Source: Thermotogota bacterium (lineage in GTDB: Bacteria > Thermotogota > Thermotogae > Petrotogales > Petrotogaceae). Taken from it: a stretch of DNA of 64,000 nucleotides. The position numbers and the translations under genes are program-made. Numbering within the stretch: the first letter of the stretch is position 1; each line of letters opens with the position of its first letter. Of the stretch, positions 60,220 to 64,000 are shown piece after piece. The stretch spans positions 32,001-96,000 of the forward strand of contig JBNJGY010000001.1 in assembly GCA_051748045.1 (NCBI GenBank), given 5' to 3'. A model generated the notes under the pieces. It saw only the letters and a program-made list of their open reading frames with translations. It had not been told where the DNA came from and ran no database searches.

Positions 60220-60258
60220 GTTTTATACGTTATAGTTACTATAGAGTAAAGTATAACG
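60220..60258 (-). promoter_or_regulatory. Candidate MerR-type promoter/operator for the leader-ABC transcript
   Basis: Minus strand TTTACT (60250-60245), then dyad TATAGT-N-ACTATA (60231-60243) in the spacer, then TAAAAC at 19 bp (or TATAAA at 17 bp). Confidence 0.5.
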
Positions 60259-60274
60259 GATAATTTTTATCTAT

Positions 60275-61009
60275 TTAAACTTCATTGTAATATTCGAAAT
60301 ATTTTATTTCTAAATCAAAGTTATTTTTAATATAATCTCCAAGTTTTTTAATTCCAAAAGTTTCTGTTGCATAATGCCCAGCATGGATAAAGTTCACACC
60401 CATATCTTTTGCTATATCTCTAGTATGTTCTTCTACAGACCCTGTTATATAAGTATCTATTTCTGGGTCTAATTTTTCAATGAAATTAGCCCCTCCTCCT
60501 GAAACAATTGCTATATTTTCGGCGTATTCTCTATTTTGATAGCATAATAAGCTTTGGTTTTTTTGCAATATTTCTTTTAAGTTTTTTGTTAATTTTTGAA
60601 ATGGAACTTTTTTAGGCATTCTACCTTTAAAACCAAATGAAAATTTATCTACTATTTCTATACCTAGTTTCCTCAATAATTCTGAGTTATTTCCATATTC
60701 CAAACTCGCATCTAATGGCAAATGATATCCCATTAAAGATATATCATTTTTTATGAGGTTTTCAATTCTTATTTTTTTATAACCAGTTATATCTATTACA
60801 CCTTTTCCAAAAAGACCATGATGAACCAATATAACGTCTGGATTCCACTCTTTTATTTTTTCAAAAAAAGTGTTATTATAAGATACTCCTAAAGCAATCT
60901 TTTTTATTTCATGTTTTCCTTCTACCTGAATACCATTTTTACAAAAATCCTCAAAATCTTCTACATTTAATATTTCATTTAAATGTGATTCTAATTGAAA
61001 TAAATTCAC
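60275..61009 (-). CDS. Nif3-like dinuclear metal center hexameric protein (YbgI/DUF34)
   Basis: DFCKNGIQVEG, LVHHG, YHLPLD, GNN, VSGGG and AGHYATE motifs. Confidence 0.93.
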   Translation of the reverse strand: MNLFQLESHLNEILNVEDFEDFCKNGIQVEGKHEIKKIALGVSYNNTFFEKIKEWNPDVILVHHGLFGKGVIDITGYKKIRIENLIKNDISLMGYHLPLDASLEYGNNSELLRKLGIEIVDKFSFGFKGRMPKKVPFQKLTKNLKEILQKNQSLLCYQNREYAENIAIVSGGGANFIEKLDPEIDTYITGSVEEHTRDIAKDMGVNFIHAGHYATETFGIKKLGDYIKNNFDLEIKYFEYYNEV

Positions 61010-61013
61010 TTAA

Positions 61014-61505
61014 TCACCTCTTATATCCTGTAATATTTCTCAGGAATTCATATCTTTTCTTTTTATCCTCTTCTTCTTCCACACCTTTTGGAGAATAACC
61101 ATCAACAACTCCCATAATTCCCCGTCCTTGCTCGGTTTCAGCTACTATTATCTGTAAAGGGTTGGCTGTGGCTGCAAAGATATTGACAATTTCTTGTACA
61201 TTCATTAGTTGATTTTTAATACTTATTGGAAAACCATTTTTAATTATCAGTACAAAAATATGCCCTGCTCCAATTTTTTTTGCATTATCAATTGCGGTTT
61301 CAACCAAGTTATCGTTATTCCCCTCATATCTTATTAAACATGGTCCTGATGCTTCATTAAATGCGAATCCAAACTCAAGATTTGGATTAACTGTAGAAAT
61401 AACTTCATATACATCTTCAACTGTTTTTATGAAATGTGATTGTCCAACTATGACATTTGTATCTTCTGGAATTTTTAAATCAACAACATCAAAATTTATG
61501 TTCAT
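61014..61505 (-). CDS. Adenosine-specific kinase family protein (DUF355)
   Basis: [26 protein letters not shown] and [10 protein letters not shown] motifs; ATG 61505 after GGGAGG. Confidence 0.88.
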   Translation of the reverse strand: MNINFDVVDLKIPEDTNVIVGQSHFIKTVEDVYEVISTVNPNLEFGFAFNEASGPCLIRYEGNNDNLVETAIDNAKKIGAGHIFVLIIKNGFPISIKNQLMNVQEIVNIFAATANPLQIIVAETEQGRGIMGVVDGYSPKGVEEEEDKKKRYEFLRNITGYKR

Positions 61506-61660
61506 TAATATCCCTCCCATAAAATTCTTCTTATATATATTTTAATTAATAATAATATAAAAATCAAGAAAGATTAATATTTAACATAAGATATTATTTT
61601 TTATTTAATTATTTGATGTTATAATTTAGATGAGTTTGTTAACCCAACAGGGGGTGGAGT

Positions 61661-62890
61661 ATGAAGATAGGTAAGTTTGCAAAAAAAAATAATTTAACTG
61701 TTGACACTATAAGATATTATGTAGAACTAGGACTTCTATTACCTGAAAAGGTTAATAATCAATTTTCTTTTGATGAGAAATGCCAAAATGATTTAGAAGA
61801 AATAATCAATTTAAAAAATATGAGGTTTTCAATTTCTCAAATTCAAAGTATTTTTTCAACAAGAAGATTTACTAAATTAATAAATGATGAGGAACTAAAT
61901 TATTATATATCTTTTTTTGAAAATAAAAAAAATGAACTTATAAAAGAAAAAAAAGAAATCGATAAATCAATTGATAAAATTGACAAAAAGATTGAAGATA
62001 TTAAAAATAGTTATGAAAAAAGAAACGTAGATTTGGGTATTCCTGTTTCTTTTTTAAGTAATTTATCTTGTCCTAAATGTAATAAATCTTTGAATTTAGT
62101 TAAAGGAAATATAGAAAATAATCAAATTTTTAATGGAGAACTCAAATGTAAGTGCGGATATGAAGCAAAAATTGAAGATGGAATTTTAATCACAGAGAAC
62201 GCAGAAACATATATGCCTGAAAACTTAGAAAAAGATAACCCAGGAAATATTTTTGTCAAAAAAACTAATATGTCTTTTGCGAATTTAATATATAAAGGTA
62301 TGTCTTGGATTTATAAAAGATTAAACCAAATAGATTTAAAAAATATAAATATTCTAGAAATTGGAACTGGTTCAGGTTTTTTCTTAAAAAAATTGATTGA
62401 GTCATTAGATGATACTTCTGTTTACATAGCAGTTGATAACAACCTAGAGTTTTTAAAATCTGCAAAAAAGTATTTACAAGCTATCGGTAAAGAAGCCAAC
62501 ATAGTGTTCATAGCTTGTGACTTTAAAGAAATCCCTTTACAAAATGATACTTGTGATATTTTACTAGATGTATATGGGACAGCTGACGACTCTTTGAATA
62601 AAGATTTTTACCCTATAAGAGATACTAAACACCTTTTAAAAAACAAAGGCTTTTGGTATGGAACATATATACATTTCAATGACAATTCAAAAACCTTGAC
62701 TACAATAAGCAGAGAAGCTAGAGAAAAATATAAGTCAGATTTCATAAGAAAATCTTTCGCAAGCAATGGATTTGAAGAAATAGAATCTAGTTTTTTAGGG
62801 AAAGCTACAAAATATGGAGAATCAGAGCCTTTTATTGTTGATGGAGACATAGTTAATCATTGGGGATTTGTTTGTAGAAAATATATATAA
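61661..62890 (+). CDS. MerR-family regulator fused to a Cys4 zinc ribbon and a class I SAM-methyltransferase-like domain
   Basis: MKIGKFAK...DTIRYYVELGLL HTH, coiled coil, CPKC...CKC and ILEIGTGSG. Confidence 0.85.
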   Translation: MKIGKFAKKNNLTVDTIRYYVELGLLLPEKVNNQFSFDEKCQNDLEEIINLKNMRFSISQIQSIFSTRRFTKLINDEELNYYISFFENKKNELIKEKKEIDKSIDKIDKKIEDIKNSYEKRNVDLGIPVSFLSNLSCPKCNKSLNLVKGNIENNQIFNGELKCKCGYEAKIEDGILITENAETYMPENLEKDNPGNIFVKKTNMSFANLIYKGMSWIYKRLNQIDLKNINILEIGTGSGFFLKKLIESLDDTSVYIAVDNNLEFLKSAKKYLQAIGKEANIVFIACDFKEIPLQNDTCDILLDVYGTADDSLNKDFYPIRDTKHLLKNKGFWYGTYIHFNDNSKTLTTISREAREKYKSDFIRKSFASNGFEEIESSFLGKATKYGESEPFIVDGDIVNHWGFVCRKYI

Positions 62891-62918
62891 TATTCTTTTA
62901 ATATGAGGAGTAATAATT

Positions 62919-63617
62919 ATGTATGATAATAATGATGAGTTTAAAAATATGATACGTAAAATCTTGAAAGAAAATCCAGAGCTAAAAAATTTTAACTTAG
63001 ATTTTATAAAGGATGTCAATCCAGAAGATATTGATGAAATTATAGAAAAATTAAAAGTAGCCTCTCAAAAATTTACAGAAGCAGAATATTCTGTAAAAGA
63101 TGATGTCGATAAAACTTTATCTTTTGAGGCGAAGGATCTTTCAATCAATTATGAAACCTATTTGAAAACTATTATGATCTTTCCCTTTGCTTTAGCAGTA
63201 GGAGAAGATATTTTAGAAGACGTTCCAACAGAAGGAGAATTACATGGTGAGTTTTTTGGTAAAAAAGTTGATTTTGAATATGATAATATTTATGAATTAA
63301 TATCTATAAAGAAAAATGTGGCAATGAAAATTGGCAAACTTATACGTAAAAATTATCCTGATTTTTTGGAGTTCAGAGAAGATATAAAATCTTATTTAGA
63401 AAAAATAACTAATTCATATTTAAAAGCATTTGGTTTTGAAGACAGTTTTGAAATATCTGATATTAGAGAGTTTAATATGTTAGTTAGATTAAAGCCTAAA
63501 GATTATGAAAAAATAGAAGATTTTTATGAGAATCATTTGGATTCTGAAGAAATTGAAAAATTTAAAATATTCAAAGCCTATTTAATCACTGAATTTTCTA
63601 TAGCTGTAATTGATTGA
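62919..63617 (+). CDS. Hypothetical acidic soluble protein
   Basis: 232 aa ORF with GAGGAG RBS; no motif recognised. Confidence 0.7.
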   Translation: MYDNNDEFKNMIRKILKENPELKNFNLDFIKDVNPEDIDEIIEKLKVASQKFTEAEYSVKDDVDKTLSFEAKDLSINYETYLKTIMIFPFALAVGEDILEDVPTEGELHGEFFGKKVDFEYDNIYELISIKKNVAMKIGKLIRKNYPDFLEFREDIKSYLEKITNSYLKAFGFEDSFEISDIREFNMLVRLKPKDYEKIEDFYENHLDSEEIEKFKIFKAYLITEFSIAVID

Positions 63618-63660
63618 TACAAATAAAACACAATATTCATAAAATTTAAATATTTACCAC

Positions 63661-63689
63661 TTGATTTCTACTTTTATATTTGCTATAAT
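63661..63689 (+). promoter_or_regulatory. Sigma70 promoter of the csp gene
   Basis: TTGATT (63661-63666), 17 bp, TATAAT (63684-63689) with extended TG. Confidence 0.7.
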
Positions 63690-63753
63690 ATAAATAAGTA
63701 ACTAACTGCATGCTACATTTGGTAGCGCGGTTGTAAAAAATGGAGGTATTCAC

Positions 63754-63951
63754 GTGAAAGGTACAGTTAAATGGTTTGACGCAAAAAAAGGTTATGGTTT
63801 CATCACAGGAGAAGACGGTAAAGATGTATTTGTTCATTTCTCAGCAGTAGACATGGACGGATATAAAAAATTAGAAGAAAACCAAGAAGTAGATTTTGAA
63901 ATTGTTGAAGGCGAAAAAGGACCACAAGCTTCAAACGTAACAGTTAGATAA
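63754..63951 (+). CDS. csp: Cold-shock protein (CSD)
   Basis: KGTVKWF, RNP1 KGYGFI, RNP2 VFVHFS and GPQA motifs; GTG start with GGAGG RBS. Confidence 0.97.
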   Translation: MKGTVKWFDAKKGYGFITGEDGKDVFVHFSAVDMDGYKKLEENQEVDFEIVEGEKGPQASNVTVR

Positions 63952-64000
63952 ATCTAACCATAATCCGCCTATTAAGGCTTAAATAAGAGTTGCTGTTTTT

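Noticed and set aside
1501-63837. Many 60-150 aa ORF-track entries antisense to or nested in real genes (e.g. 1501-1860, 6468-6818, 10777-11190, 29944-30312, 45448-45900, 51249-51617, 63646-63837)
   Set aside because: Shadow ORFs with no RBS or recognisable motifs, overlapping well-supported genes on the opposite strand.

Overview
An AT-rich bacterial chromosomal window. Gene content and order point to Thermotogota, probably a Petrotogales (Geotoga/Oceanotoga-like) organism; this is inferred from the N-terminally extended RecG and the gene runs pfkB-CBS-mtaB-aminotransferase-DUF721-gyrB-ftsA and korB-korC-dgkA-cheB-M23. It is mostly housekeeping: gyrB, 5' part of ftsA, mtaB, thiI, plsC, ispA, lgt, recG, rsmD, gatAB, hslO, hemW, ispD, tRNA-Gly(CCC), a lysine-riboswitch-controlled dap/lys operon without dapF, and a cold-shock gene. 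No CRISPR array, transposase, integrase or prophage is evident. The most striking unannotated structure is the ~700 bp gap at 59564-60274 upstream of a heterodimeric (TM287/288- or BmrCD-like) ABC exporter. Read on the minus strand it holds a MerR-style dyad promoter and a 38-aa leader ORF whose 3' end can form an antiterminator. Next come two tandem terminators built from four identical self-palindromic AGCCATGGCT arms that can re-pair in a domino fashion. Three SD-led micro-ORFs follow (11, 26 and 25 aa), the last two being paralogues ending KKxY[FY]E[VI][VI]SLI. A MerR-Zn-ribbon-methyltransferase fusion regulator lies 1.4 kb away. A second unannotated element is a ~110-nt candidate sRNA (20188-20296) with a CCCUCCCUCCUU anti-Shine-Dalgarno segment, its own promoter and a terminator. 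All folds and motifs were found by eye; no computation or database search was run.
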